NCBI GenBank assembly: GCA_001938485.1
Contig: MQRK01248166.1
Location: 1 to 58,376 of the forward strand
Length of the DNA stretch: 58,376 bases
Origin: Girardia tigrina
Taxonomy: Eukaryota
Direction of reading: 5' to 3'
This document shows, piece by piece, positions 38,725 through 52,123 of this stretch. The notes below the pieces were generated by a model. The model ran no database searches and was not told the DNA's origin. It worked only from the letters and a program-made list of their open reading frames with translations. The translations under genes were made by a program, and so were the position numbers. Position 1 is the stretch's first letter; the number at the start of each line of letters is the position of its first letter.

Positions 38725-39356
38725 TCATAACTTTTTTTTATGCAATGTAATGCATTTAGTATGAAATAGATTTGTTTTTAGTCGTTGATCAGTATGACAT
38801 TCTTGAGTAAAGTCTATGAAAAGGTATCCATACGGTTTACATGTTGCATCCATGAATAAATCTATAAAATACTTCTTATCCTGAGGAAACGCTTGTGTAG
38901 CTAAATAATCAACTACAGTTTTATCTCGTGGATTCTTGAATATTACCAAGTAATGAACATATAAATTCCCCGTTGGATAATACCTCCGTGATGAAAAAGA
39001 TTTTGAGTTATGAATATAACTGTCGCTTCTTTATGTCTGGCAATTTTTGTTAATAAATTGGTAAAATCTTTCTCCTTATTTGCCTCTTGGAAAAGATCAT
39101 CAATTACAATAACATCCCCTTTTTGGAAACGTGAAGACCAGTTTTCATCAAATCCATTGATGTTCTTAACTCCTTTTAATTTACAAAATTCATATTCAGT
39201 TAGTCCACTTTCACCTCCTCCATCTTGATGCCAATAGATTCGTTTAAACTTGTTTTTAAACATGTCGTTTCTCTGCGATAACTGACATACAAAATGTGTT
39301 TTTCCACTACCACTTGGTCAAACTACCTGAAATACAGCATTGTTGTTGAGATTCAT
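38725..39356 (-). pseudogene. Polinton/Maverick A32-like packaging ATPase (stop plus frameshift)
   Basis: Walker A *PSGSGKT, Walker B IVIDD, ITQNLF, FKNPRD and KPYGYLFIDF. Confidence 0.92.
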
Positions 39357-39559
39357 TTTTAATTGTATGTGTATGCTTTCATTTTGTTTATAACACGTAC
39401 AAAATGTGTTGATATTACCCAAATATTGTACATGTTTCAACATAAATTATTTATAACATCAATAACATGTAAAACTATTTATTAACGTACAAATATATAT
39501 AATATTCAAATAATTAAGAAAATGAAAATTAATTGTAAAAAATTTTAAATAGGGTTAAT

Positions 39560-40400
39560 GAGGATATATATTAAAGGCATGAAGTATTTAGATAATCAAT
39601 TAATAATTGTGTCTTCTAAACCCACCCGTTTGGACATTAAATTTATGATGTAAAGATTTGATAAATAGTGCTTCCCATTAAGAGATAATTATTAAACTGA
39701 GTCCACAGATCTTTATAATTATTTATGTTTATTGATGTTCAAATCACAAACGTTTTCAATGTACTGCAATTTTACGTCCAGCCACATTACGACCTTGTTC
39801 TTTGACTCTCCTACAGAGATGACTTGACATCTCTCCAATGTATTTGACATTACACCTATTACTTTTAAATTATTATTCAAAATGGTTGAAGATTTATTAC
39901 AAAATATACATTTTTCGGATGTTATGTTCGATTATTTATTTTAAATATTTGTAATTAAGAAAAATAGGATTAAACCGTAATATAATCTACTTCCATTCCA
40001 TCACTATGGAATCTCAATCTTAGATGGGTTATGTTTTATCCTTTTAAATAGGTGGGATTAAAATTTGGTCAGATTCCTATTTTGAGTTCTCAATCAAGCA
40101 TATACCAGAATGGCAATTACCTCAAAGTAGTTTTATTTATTTGAAGAAGATGAAAATTTTTGTTAGCTTCTTGGATTAAGTTAATGAGTAAGGGATATTT
40201 CTAATTGAATTTGATCGTTTTAATTTTGAAAATTTTCATTTTAATGTCTTAAAAATCTCAAGGGAGCAAACATTTCCCCTCTTAAGACTGGATAGATCAC
40301 CGGTCCAACTTAAATCTTTTTGTGTAATGTCTAATTAAAATCTGTTTTTCAGAATATATCATTAAATACTCAATTTAGACCTAACAAAATGTCTGAAGTA
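39560..40400 (-). mobile_element. Penelope-like element remnant
   Basis: FKSNRCNVKYIGEMSSHLCRRVKE and EALFIK..KFNVQ. Confidence 0.75.
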
Positions 40401-40749
40401 AACACAATGACAGTTATATATTATTAAATTATAATTATTTAATACATTAATAATGACAAATTATAATATATTTATCTTTCAGAATCTTTAAAGCTCTACA
40501 AAATCGCAAAATATTAGAAATTAATGGATTATGAGTACAAATGTTATTAGTATTTGTAAAATATCATATCAAATAATTTCATATTGCTTTTAAAAAATAA
40601 CTTATTTAATTTATTTTCTATAGTTTAAAATTTATTTTCAAAATATTATTTACTTTAAATATGTGCAAAATATAACCTCATATAAAGTTGTTATTTCTTC
40701 GGCATTACACTTATGTTCATTAGTATGTTCATTATGCTTTTAGTAAAAG

Positions 40750-41449
40750 AGGTTTCGGAAATACGCGGTCAATAAATTTACATGTAAGATAATACAAATA
40801 ATAACATCATGGACAACTTTGTGCAACTGACCCGCAAGTTGTACTTATATCTTGAGAAAAGTGATTTTCTTGAATTGTTGCCAAGTGATTCAAGAGTACT
40901 TACCAATGAAAAGTTGATGGAACTTGAACAAGGGGATGAAAATGAAGTTTGCAAAGAAGATGGGGAAACAAAACCTTAGAAACGATTTGAGACAAAGAAA
41001 ATAGTGGAATGCTTCAGACTAATTGATGAAGAACTATTCAGTTTAGAAGCTCGGGATGCGACGATGGAAAGATTTCAGAAGGTATTTCAAGGTGTTCATG
41101 ACGCCATTTCATGCTTTAAAGTTATTTAAATCGAGAAGAAAAAGCCGCAGTTTGAACCTCATTTGACAATTTCTTTTTTCCGAAATTAGTATCGACAATA
41201 GCAGATGGCGAGAACGGTCAGAAGTGACAGAGTCTAGATGTACAATACACATACATGTACCAATAACACTAAAGATGCATTGTAAAATGTACAACTAAAT
41301 AAGTTGCATGTATTACATGAATTGTAAAAATTAATATGTACATGTATATAATATTTAATATATGAACAATACTTTCCCGCCGTATGCGGTTTGTTGACTA
41401 ACGCGGACAATCTAGAAATGAATTAATTGCGTAATTTGAGGACTTACTG
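40750..41449 (+). mobile_element. Tigger/pogo 3' remnant
   Basis: Acidic tail (ELL...LTNEKLMELEQ) and terminus gaggacttactg|ta. Confidence 0.6.
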
Positions 41450-42635
41450 TACTCAAGTTTCTGTGTCTCGATTTATTGTTTTAATGATAATAATATTCAT
41501 TAGTTTTCAATTGATATTATTCGAAATACTCATAAAATAAAAATAATTTTTAAAAAAGAATCAGTTTAGTTTCTCATTAACAAATGATAGGAAAAAGTCT
41601 ATTCTGAGGGACTCCGGAAATTTCATTTTTTTAATTTTACGTCCGGTGTGTTTTCCCATTTTACTTTTTTGTAATGATGTTTGTATATTAGATTTAATCA
41701 AAGTTAATCCCTAAAACATATATTAAAAATTATGAAAAAAAATTATTTTTGTTTTCATATAAATAAAATTAAACAAAGTTCGTTTTCCATTTATAACATA
41801 AATATATTATAATTAATTTATTTTAAGAACATCGCAAAAGATGTTTACAATTTTATATTTTTGCATTTTATTGAATTCTCCTAATTATGTCTATGTTTTG
41901 TTTCTTGTTTATTCTTGGAAAATGAATTAAAATTTTCAATCAATGTGTTTGGATATATTAATATCCAGGTATTCCTAGAGACTGACCGGCGGGGGCAGAG
42001 TCATTACACAATTGGAGTTGCTGCTGTGCCTGGCCCATTTTATTGATAATTGGTTGTTTATTGATACTGCTCGGTTCATTATTTTTAAATAATCATCCTC
42101 CCCAAGAAAAAAATAATTCAGATTTAAAAGATAATTTGCTTTCAAAATTATATATATTGGTCAAAACATTATTTTACTTTCAATCAAAAATTTGTTAGTA
42201 ACAATTAAATTGAAAAACACAAATTCTTTAACGAAATATCAGATTGTTAATTCTATAAATAATCTATACAAGAAAATGAGTTCCAGTTAAAACATTAGAA
42301 GTTATTTCTACTTCTTAAGACAAAATCAGAAAATAGTAACTTGCAAAAAACTTTAAAATGTTAATAGAGATCTTTTACGAACCAGTGATGGAAGTTTTTC
42401 AAATGGAAAAGAAACAAAGTAAACAGATGTTCTCTAAACCAATATTTCTAACCCTTTCAATTTAACTATAATCGGTGTTGTATAGTATTCGTAGCTTTTT
42501 AGATAAAATAGCAGCAGAATATAACTTGTATCACCAAAAATAAACTCTATCAAGTTCGTAGCAATTTATTATTAACTTCCATAGGGTTAAATTAATTATA
42601 GTTTAAGTCTTTTTAAAGAATAATTTAGTTTAATA

Positions 42636-43626
42636 TTAGGTGTACAAATATGAAAGTTAGTTTTCTTACGATTTAAAAAATTAAAATGCCAAAACATTTT
42701 TAATTAAACTTTTATTAACAATAGCAACCATTATTATCAAAGATATCATTCCAATTTATTGGTAATTTATGGATTCCATCAAAAATGAATTTCGGTTGTT
42801 TCGACGCAATCAATTTATTGAGCCATTTTCGCACTTCTTCGTGTTTTATGAACTTCTGTTCGCCAATCCGTGAGCCATTGATAAAAATAATTGATAATCG
42901 GATGGGGCAATGTCAGGAGAGTAGGGCGGGTGGGGTAATATTTCCCAGTTTAGTTCTTTAATGTATTTATGACAAATTTTACAACATGAGGTCTCGCATT
43001 GTTGTGAAGCAATATCGAGCACCCGTGTTTTGTGGTCAATTCCTGTCGTTTGGTGGCTACTTCTCTCTTCAGATTGATTACTTGCTCTCCATTGGCACCC
43101 GTCGACCTGCTTTCTGAATCTTTCACATGTCATGCAAGCGATCTTAAATTGTTTGCTGAATTATGCATAAAGCGTCATCTAATTGTTGTTGCATTTGAGC
43201 ATTTTCTTCATCAAGTAAGGCTAGCAAAAATTATCTTTAAATGGCTTTGGTGGTCTACCGCGATCTTTGTTGCTTAGATCAAAATCGCCTTATCTGAACT
43301 TCTTAAACCATTTATGAGAGGCTGTGGCAGTGATTGTATCTTTGCCAAATACTTCAGCAATCATTTTTTGAGAATACATTGCACTTTTCTTCGAGTTAAA
43401 CATGAATTAAAGAACTTCGCGAAAATGCTCTTTTGTTGGAGCTTCGGTGGTTATCTGTAAAACTAGAATTAAATTTTATATGCTAATTTGTTTTAAAAAT
43501 TCAAAAAGTAATAAATAGCGCTTAAAACATTCTACATTATAGATACAAACAAATGTTATAGAAAAAAGTTTATTAATGGAATACTATTAGACAAAGTGAA
43601 ACGAACTTTCAAATATGTACACCTAA
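42636..43626 (-). mobile_element. Mariner transposon, internally deleted
   Basis: TIRs TTAGGTGTACA-AT-TGAAAGTT; WEILPHPPYSPDIAPSDY. Confidence 0.92.
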
Positions 43627-44050
43627 AACATGTCCATATAATGGTGATGAGCGAAAGTAAAAAGGCAAAATTTAAAACGACAAAAGTAGATTTAGTTGAT
43701 CAAATAATCAAATGGCTTTTTCATACTTAATTGATGTGAAAGTCAAATTTATTAAAATCTTTCAATCAAGATAATGGTATAAGTAGTGATAAAAATGGAG
43801 TAAAGAATAATTGATTTTCTTTATTCAATTGTTTATTTAAACTTGAAGTTTGAAGTTCGGAAAGATGCCGTTTAGGAAATCCAATATATTGTGATTCTTA
43901 TAATCCTTAATTACATCTTTTTTCTTTGAGCTTTATCACGGTAAACTGTACGAAATACAGGTTTAGGGGCATTGACCAGCAAGGTGTTGCTCAATTTTGT
44001 CATTTAGACTTTTTTCTTTCCTAAGATCATCATATATATATATATATATA

Positions 44051-45666
44051 CACTGACTTCCATAATTGTATACTTTTTTTCTATTTTTTACTAAATAGTG
44101 AATTTCTCAGGGAGTATAAATCGGTTCATAACTTTTAGATATTTGCCTGAAAGATAATTTTAAGCTCTACAAGATTATATGTATATAAAAAGTTTAACGT
44201 TATTAATAACAAATAGGCGTTTAAACAAAAAATGTATTAAAAGTATACAATTATGATCGCACAGATACTCAATTACAGTAATTGGGATTTAGTAATTTGT
44301 ATATCCTCCTTTTGCCTTTNNNNNNNNNNNNNNNNNNNNNNNNNNNNNNNNNNNNNNNNNNNNNNNNNNNNNNNNNNNNNNNNNNNNNNNNNNNNNNNNN
44401 NNNNNNNNNNNNNNNNNNNNNNNNNNNNNNNGAAGGTTTTCATAACGATTCAGCTTTAACTTCAATGAAGACCATATATTTTCGATAGGATTTATATCCG
44501 GCGATTGTGGTGGCCATGATAGAACATAAATGTTGTTATTTAAAAACCAATCTTTTGCCTTTTTCGAAGTGTGGTTTAGATCATTGTCCTGTTGAAAAAT
44601 GATTTTATCGGTGTCCAAGCTATAATACTCGCATGTATTTAGCAATTCATCACCTAGAATATCACAATACAACTGTGCATCCATATTTCTATCGATTCTA
44701 GTCAGGTAACCAGGTCCCTCTGTGGTTATATAACCCCAAACCGTCAGAGAACCACCACCAAATTTTGCTGTTCCCTGTGCGTTTCTGTCGTCCACTACTG
44801 CACCAGGATTCTTCCAACACCACTTTCGTTCATCAGACCAAAACCTATTGACTTTTGTCTCGTCAGAAAATATTACTTTATACCAATCTTGAGAAGTCCA
44901 GTCTTTGTGTGCAACATCAAATTGGAATCGTAATTGCTTATAGCGCTTTGACAAAAAGGCTTTTTAGCCATCGTTACAGCCTTCAAACCACCCCTACGGA
45001 GAACCCTTCTTATGGTTTGAGGACTTACATTTATGTTTACATTATTTTTAACTACGTCGGTTGCTGTTTCATAGGTTCCATCTTTGATTTTTCTTACTAT
45101 AAGTTTTTGATCGGCGCATGTAAGAATTCTAGGTCTTCCAATTGAAAAGTTTTTTTTCTTTGATATTTTCCAATTTTTTTAATTTTTTGTACAGCTCCAC
45201 GACTAATACCATATTTTGATGCTAATTTACCAAGTGAAAAACCACATTTGGCATCAGCAATCAATAAATCTTTCGTTTGTGTGCTCAATTTTGTCATTTC
45301 TAAAATATAAAAAAATGAATGTAATAATTATTAAATTAAAAACAAAAAAATCATAATATTCATATTATAATATTTAAATTTCATATATATTTTTTAATAT
45401 TGAGATTTAATTGTTTCCTTTAAACAAAAACCCAATTATTCAAATTAAGAAATTGTGCGATCATAATTGTATACTTTTAATAAAAATTTAGTTTAAAGGC
45501 GTACTTGTTATTATAAAAGTTTAAAATTTGACATACATATCATCTTGTAGAGCTTAAAATTATCTTTCAGGCAAATATCTAAAAGTTATAAACCGATTTA
45601 TACTCCCTACGTAATTCACGATTTAGTAAAAAATAGAAAAAAAGTATAGAATTATGAAGGTCAGTA
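44051..45666 (-). mobile_element. Tc1-like transposon with ~210 bp TIRs
   Basis: TIRs 44051-44262 and 45455-45666 inside (TA)n; FSDE, FQQDN and WPPQSPDINPIEN. Confidence 0.95.
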
Positions 45667-45715
45667 TATATATATATATAAATGAATAACAAACGCCATT
45701 TTAAAAGGTTTTTAT

Positions 45716-45758
45716 TTCTCAAAACATGTTTCGCCATTACGGCATCATCAGTTATGAA
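45716..45758 (-). ncRNA. Minimal type I hammerhead ribozyme motif
   Basis: ttcataa-CTGATGA-t-gccg(taa)tggc-GAAAC-AT-GTT-ttgagaa; stems I and II pair; stem III palindromic. Confidence 0.78.
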
Positions 45759-45874
45759 GTAAATTTCAAATTATAACTCATTTATATGGCACATTGACTA
45801 GTACGCAATTAAAAAAAAGATTACTTGCGTACTAGTCAATGTGCCATATAAATGACTTGTAATTTGAAATTTAC

Positions 45875-45917
45875 TTCACAACTGATGATGCCGTAATGGG
45901 GAAACATGTTTTGAGAA
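45875..45917 (+). ncRNA. Minimal type I hammerhead ribozyme motif
   Basis: ttcacaa-CTGATGA-tgccgtaatggg-GAAAC-ATGTT-ttgagaa; the first stem II pair is mutated (G.G). Confidence 0.68.
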
Positions 45918-46080
45918 ATAAAAAACTTTTAAAATGGCGTTTGTTATTCATTTTTTTACAAATAAATTGCCATTAAATCTTAATGTTATATATATATATA
46001 TATATAAAATTTACATTTAATGGTAATTTATTTATAAATGAAATAAAGAAAACAGGCCATTTGTATAGTTGTTTATTGTA

Positions 46081-46118
46081 TGCAACATGTTTCGTTATTA
46101 GGGCATCATCAGTTGTGA
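46081..46118 (-). ncRNA. Diverged third hammerhead motif
   Basis: cacaa-CTGATGA-tgccctaataac-GAAAC-ATGTT; stems I and II eroded. Confidence 0.55.
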
Positions 46119-46499
46119 TATAATCTCGGATTACAAGTCATTTTTAAGGCACATTGACTATTACACAATTATTCTTTTTTGACACATATCATGAGAGGAT
46201 AGTCACTAAGGCATTATGAATAAAACATTTAATACAATTTTTAAAATTCATATTTAAATTTTTTAATATTTAAAAGAAAATTAATTGTGTAATAGTCAAT
46301 GTATTGATTTGGATGTGATGAAATGACATATTGAGTTGACATGTGTTGAGATCTTTTGTTTTGTTCTGGTTTTTGCAAATTTTCCTTTTTGCTCTTTTGT
46401 TTTTCTTCTTTTTGACTTGACGTCTCATATAATAATAATGTAATACATAATATATTATATAATATATAATTTTAATATTTATAACTTTAGAATAGTATT

Positions 46500-46950
46500 A
46501 GATGATTATCTAATATTTAAGACATGGTGATATGAGAGTTTTGTTATAATACGTTTGCAATTAAAATATTGTAGAATTTTATTTATTTTATACTTCCTAA
46601 AAATTAGATTTTAAAATCAGATTTACCTAGAACAAATAATCAAGACATTTGAGTATCAAAAAACTAATTAAACATCATCTTGCCGAATTGCCATGATCTT
46701 AAACCTTAAATTATATATTCGGCTGTGAATATCAAAAAATCCGTGTTTTGAAATGGCAATTTGTCTCTAGTGTAATATCATTTGATCACCTTATTTTTTA
46801 AGGATAGACCTCCTCCATTTACAAAAATGAGTTTTCTATTATTCATACGAATTTCAATTCACACTGTGAGACGTTGTACCTTGAATCTTTGTTAATCCGA
46901 CACTAAGGTTTTACAAAGTCAATATTAAATATCTTTAATTAATTTTTTCC
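46500..46950 (+). mobile_element. Penelope-like endonuclease C-terminal remnant
   Basis: NEFSIIHTNFNSHCETLYLESLLIRH, homologous to the 7.4 kb copy. Confidence 0.6.
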
Positions 46951-46971
46951 AATAAATCCCAAATTTATATA

Positions 46972-49134
46972 CAGTGGGTGCAGCTTTATGTGGTCACATT
47001 GGTCGCCTCCATTTGATAACATAAACTGACTGATAATATTAAGCGGAAAAACGGCAAAATATTGTTTTGAACATTGAACAACTAAGTGACACTGATGAAT
47101 GTCATTTATAGAGATGTATTACAGTGTAGTCCACATGTACACATTACAGTACTGTATTAAAGTTGAGGAACAGTAAAAAAGGTATCCAGTGTTGTTTGAG
47201 TGAATGAAGTTTGTAATGGTCGCCCAATTGACTCTTCTAATTTATAAAATATTGAATAGTCATTCACGGAGCCACCACGAACCTCGAGTGTTGTTCTCAA
47301 AATTTGTAATGCGTTATTCACTTCTTTTGATGAAGGTAGACGTAATGGCATGTCTTCTGTGTCATTATCAAAATCACTGTCCTCATCATAAAATACCCTT
47401 TGTTTATGCTTTTGAATTTGACCTCTCCTACAACAGGAAGTTTGCTGTTGACGTTGACCCAATTTCAGAATTCCTGCTCATTCATGCCAGTAGGTAGCTC
47501 AATGTCCTCTTCATAGACAGGATCAATAAATTTCATTGTGGGATTTGTAAAACCTCCTTTTTTGAAACAAGTCTGAATAGTAGCAGTTGACACAGTGTTC
47601 CATGCAGTTGCCACCATGTGACATGCATCAAGTACATTGATGCTTTTGACTACTTCTTGAGCGGTTTTTTCACCGTCATCAATTAGTCAAATAATTCTGC
47701 ATCGTAGGCCACGCCTATAGTGAGCTTTCGTGGAAGGAATAATACCCTGGTCTAAAGGCTGCATTATTGATGTTGTATTGGAGGGTAAGAATTGAAGTTG
47801 AATATTAGTGAGATAGACGCCTTCTGGATGTGCTGTACAGTTATCCAGTAAAAGCAAAATTTTTCGCTTTTTTCGGCGATTTTCTTCATCCCACTCTTGC
47901 AACAATTCTGTAAAGATAACACTGGTCATCCAAGCATTTTTATTGTTTTTGTAGCCAACAGGAAAGTTCTTCACTCCTCTGAAGCAACGAGGATTTGCGC
48001 TTTTTCCGATTACTAGAGGGCATCTTTTCTCTGATCCATCAATGTTACATGTGAAAGGACAGTGAGACGATCTTTAGACTTTTTACCTCCACCAACGTTA
48101 TCTTTGTGGAATGTCAAGGTGCTGTCTGGCATAGCACTATAATATAAACCACTCTCATCAGTGTTAAAAATATCAGCAGGAGAATATTCCGTCAGCAGAG
48201 GAGGCAACACTTCGGACAACTAGCGCTCCGCACGGGGCTTATCAGCATATTGTTTTTCACCATGAAATTTCTTATAGACAATATTGTTACGCATCTTCCA
48301 TCTTGTCAACCAACCATCTGTTGGGTTGAAATCAGTAGCACCAAGGGACTCGGCCAAAGAACGGCTTTGTCACACAGAATATCACGAGTAATTGGTGCAT
48401 TTTTATCTCTTGCTCGTGTAAACCAAATTAACAGTACTTCTTCAACATCAGATACTTTACCTTCTCTCTTCCGTTTTCGACTGACATTTTGGTGGCCATA
48501 ATTCATTTCTTTTAATTCATCCCGAGACTTCATTAGCTTGCAAAGAAGAGGCTGAGAGATTTCTAACTTGGCTGCTGCTTCCTTTTGGCTGACAGAACCA
48601 CAAGAATCATACTGTTCCAGAAGTTCCAATTTTTCAGTTACAGACAAATCTTTTCTGTTACGAATAGAAACGGCGCTTTGAGTTGAATTTTTTTTCGAAT
48701 TTATCGGAACTGGTTCATTAAATTGATTCATAATTAGAATTAGTTAATTTACCAAAATCAGCCATTTTTTTAGAACTAAAACCCGGCAAAAAACTAGAGT
48801 TTTCGTAAATAGATTTATAATCAAATTTAGACATTTGTAAATTTTGTGTTTGAAAGGTTGAATTAAAATAATTGTGAATATTTAAACACGAATTACATGA
48901 ATTTTATTAAATTATTACATTATGTATTTAAATACTTAGTATAATTAATTTGAGTTAATTCAGCACAGTAGACAAAAATAGACAAAAACTCCGTGATCAT
49001 ATCAGACGGCGGCTCGATCACATTTAGCGGCGTAAAATGCACAGAAATTGGGAATTAGGTTTTGGTTTTTTAAGATTGATCACATTAAACGGCTAATAAC
49101 AATAACCAGTGATAACATAAAGCAGCGCCCACTG
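46972..49134 (-). mobile_element. Full-length Tigger/pogo transposon, frameshifted
   Basis: TIRs CAGTGGG(t/c)GC(a/t)GCTTTATGT with TA duplication; CENP-B-type HTH, IFNTDESGL, LLLDN and QPLDQGII. Confidence 0.95.
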
Positions 49135-49477
49135 TATAATACTTTTCGGAGCAGGACATCTGACCTCAGAAGACTCACTGCTTGAAAATAGCAGCAGAAT
49201 TTTGTTTATTTTAGGATTGTAGTAAAATTAAAATTTTATGTAAACAAAAAAATGAAATTTAATTTTTAAAGTAAAAATAAAATGTAACGGACGAATGGGA
49301 CAAATGATAAAATTAATTTTAAAATAATAATAACCGATTTGTACAATTGTTTTAGTTTACTAAAACAATTATTATATCAAAAAATTAATTTTTGCGGCGA
49401 GTTTTCCTGTGGCCACACGCCGCGTACCGAGTACATTAATATGTGTGTGCTATTTAAATTATTTAAAGTTTTTGGAT

Positions 49478-49897
49478 TGTGAGGAATATTTTGAATGTTT
49501 GATGTTTTGTGTTTGAATGTGTATGTTGATTTGGAATTGTGTCTCTCCTACCCAGATGGATGATTAATATCTTATTTCCTGTTATCTGAAAATATATAAT
49601 GTTGAAATTTATTTCTAATTTAAAATAATTGTAAAATTTTAAATAGGTTTATTAATTTTATTTACAATTTTTAAATAAATAAATAAAATTAATATTTTTT
49701 AGTAATTAATAATCATTAAAATTTGGAGTAAATATTTTAAAAATTTGAGTAAATCTCCATTTACTCAGATAATAAGATTAAAGTAATTAATTAATTTGAC
49801 GAATTGCATCTTACGAAAGTTTTGATAAAGATTGTCCTGAGAATAATCAAACTTGTGGTAATAATAAAATATTAAAAGTCGTATTGGTGTTCTTAAT
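49478..49897 (-). pseudogene. Copy of the two-exon signal-peptide gene family (start codon lost, stop)
   Basis: Exon 1 ...SLIILRTIFIKTF|gtaaga; downstream frame QEIRY*SSIWVGETQFQIN. Confidence 0.5.
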
Positions 49898-50964
49898 ATG
49901 TATAATGAAAGTTTTTTATCTGTCGGAATAAGTTATATTAAGAAATTTGTAATTTTTCTGAAGGTGTAAAAAAATTTATATTCAAATAATTTGTTATTGT
50001 TTTTGAAAATTATTTTTATAATTTTGTGTTATTTATAATTTGGAAGATTATCAGAACTGTTTAGGTAATTTTTTTTCAATAAAAATGATTTTATTTGGAG
50101 TGTTTAATGATGTATTTTTCATGAAAAAGTTCTCCTTCCAGTTGAGGAAATTAATTAAAAAATTGAAGTGAGAAAATGCAATTAATGCTTAACAACCTTC
50201 GGAATAAAATAGAAGAAATTGATGAAAAAAGGAATTAATTATATTAGAAGTAACAAAAAGTTCCGACCATGGCAACAAAAAGATGGAGAATATGAACAAA
50301 ATAAAATTACGTTTTTGGAATTGACAGTCTTAAATAAGTAAAAATAATTCTGAAAATTAACAATAATAATAATATTTGTTATAATTTGTAGGCGAATCTA
50401 AACTCTAAAGATTTCGGCCTGAAAATACCGCGGAAATAATTAAAGAATTAGTTGATTTGATTTAGTTACGAAAAATGGAAAGGATGTGAAAGAAGATTTT
50501 TATTGTAAAAAGAAAGAATATAAAAACAATAAAAATATTCCAAACATCAAGAAACAATTATTTTTTATTGTTTTTTTTCCTTTTAAAACATAATATTTTT
50601 ATTGTTAAGAGTAAAGTAAATATTTTTATTTATTTTAATTTTATTTATATTAAATATATTTATTATAAAAAAAGAAATATACTTTTTATTTTTCGAAAAT
50701 TTTAAATCTTTGATAAATTTTAATCGACCATAAATATTATTTGTATTTCAAATAAGTGTGAACAGAATCATTTCAGATGACCAATTGTTTTATTTGTTTG
50801 AATTCACTGATAATTATTCTTTCATACGGTAAAAGAATGTAAAAAATAGAATGGTACTAAATACCAATATGAAAAATTATTGTTGCATATTTTGACAAGA
50901 AAAAAATGTTTTAGTTTCTATTGCAATTAACGTTTTTTTCAAAAAATATTTATATATATAAATG

Positions 50965-52123
50965 TATTTAATCAACTATTTATACATTATGTTTTTCCAC
51001 AATCTTTTGCCCTCTTAATTGTTACTTAAAAATTCTATCATTCAAAACCTTCTCAGATTTCTCTGCGAAAAACTGTTTAAGATGGTATTTCAGGATATCC
51101 AAACATTTAAAGTTCTTGTCGTTAAGAAAAATTCACAGCGACTTGATTAGGGGATAGTCTGAAGGGACAATGTTGGGGTAATATGGTGGGTGGCGTAGCA
51201 CATCTGACCAAAGGTCCAACAATTATTTCTTCGCAACAAAAGAGATATGTGATCGGAAATTAACATGGTACGATACAATTTTCTTTTGGAGAAGTACTTA
51301 TCTGAATTAAGTGTCTGGTTGTTCCCTAGGAGGTCATAATACAGAATTCTTTGAAATCCAGACGCACAAGAGCATGAACTTCTTTTGAGAAAGACTGGCT
51401 TTGAGAATGACTAATGGGGATTCATATGGCTTACCCTAAGATCTTTTCGCTTTGTATTATTTGAAAAGATCTATCACTTATTATTATTTTATTATCACTT
51501 GTAACTATTTGTTTAAAAAATGGTACACTTTTGTTGCGTTTGTAAGCAAACCATCAATGGATAAGCGAACAATCAGATTGCTTTTTCAGATTATGCAGAA
51601 CGATTATTATATGGTAACGACTCATGTAATTTTGCTTCACTAAATGATCATGGACGGTGGTTATGGAAATCTTTCTACTAATTTACGAGTTCTGTAATGA
51701 GGATTGAAATTGGTCAAGATGTTCGGTTGGTCACCATCAGTGTTTGAGATTCTGAAAGTGTAATCTTAGTCCTTGAGGTTGAAATCACCAGCTCTGAATC
51801 TAGAAAAGCCCATGTGAAAAGTTCAGTCAGCCAAATCATATGCTATATATACGGTACATATGTTGTTTCTTGCTTTATTAGCATTCTTACCTTTTTTAAT
51901 AGAAAAACATTAAGTATCGAAAACGCTTTTTGTTTTTTCCATTTTGAAATTGACGAGTAGCAAATACAAATCAACTTAGACAAAAAATTATTTTCTAAAC
52001 ATGCATCAGCCTTTCGCTTTTTTATCATATTTAAACTGTTCACATGTTTTCTAAGTGTTTGATATATTCTGACACATCAATCTCATATTTAGACAACCGG
52101 CACGATCTTTCAGGACAACTTAA
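50965..52123 (-). mobile_element. Old decayed mariner
   Basis: HPPYYPNIVPSDY on the minus strand; TIR cggcacgatctttcaggacaacttaa|ta. Confidence 0.8.

Larger units (their letters stand above)
45680..45953. repeat. ~129 bp-arm hairpin formed by two inverted hammerhead-bearing pLTR-like units
   Basis: 45680-45808 is a near-perfect reverse complement of 45825-45953, with a 16-nt spacer. Confidence 0.92.
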
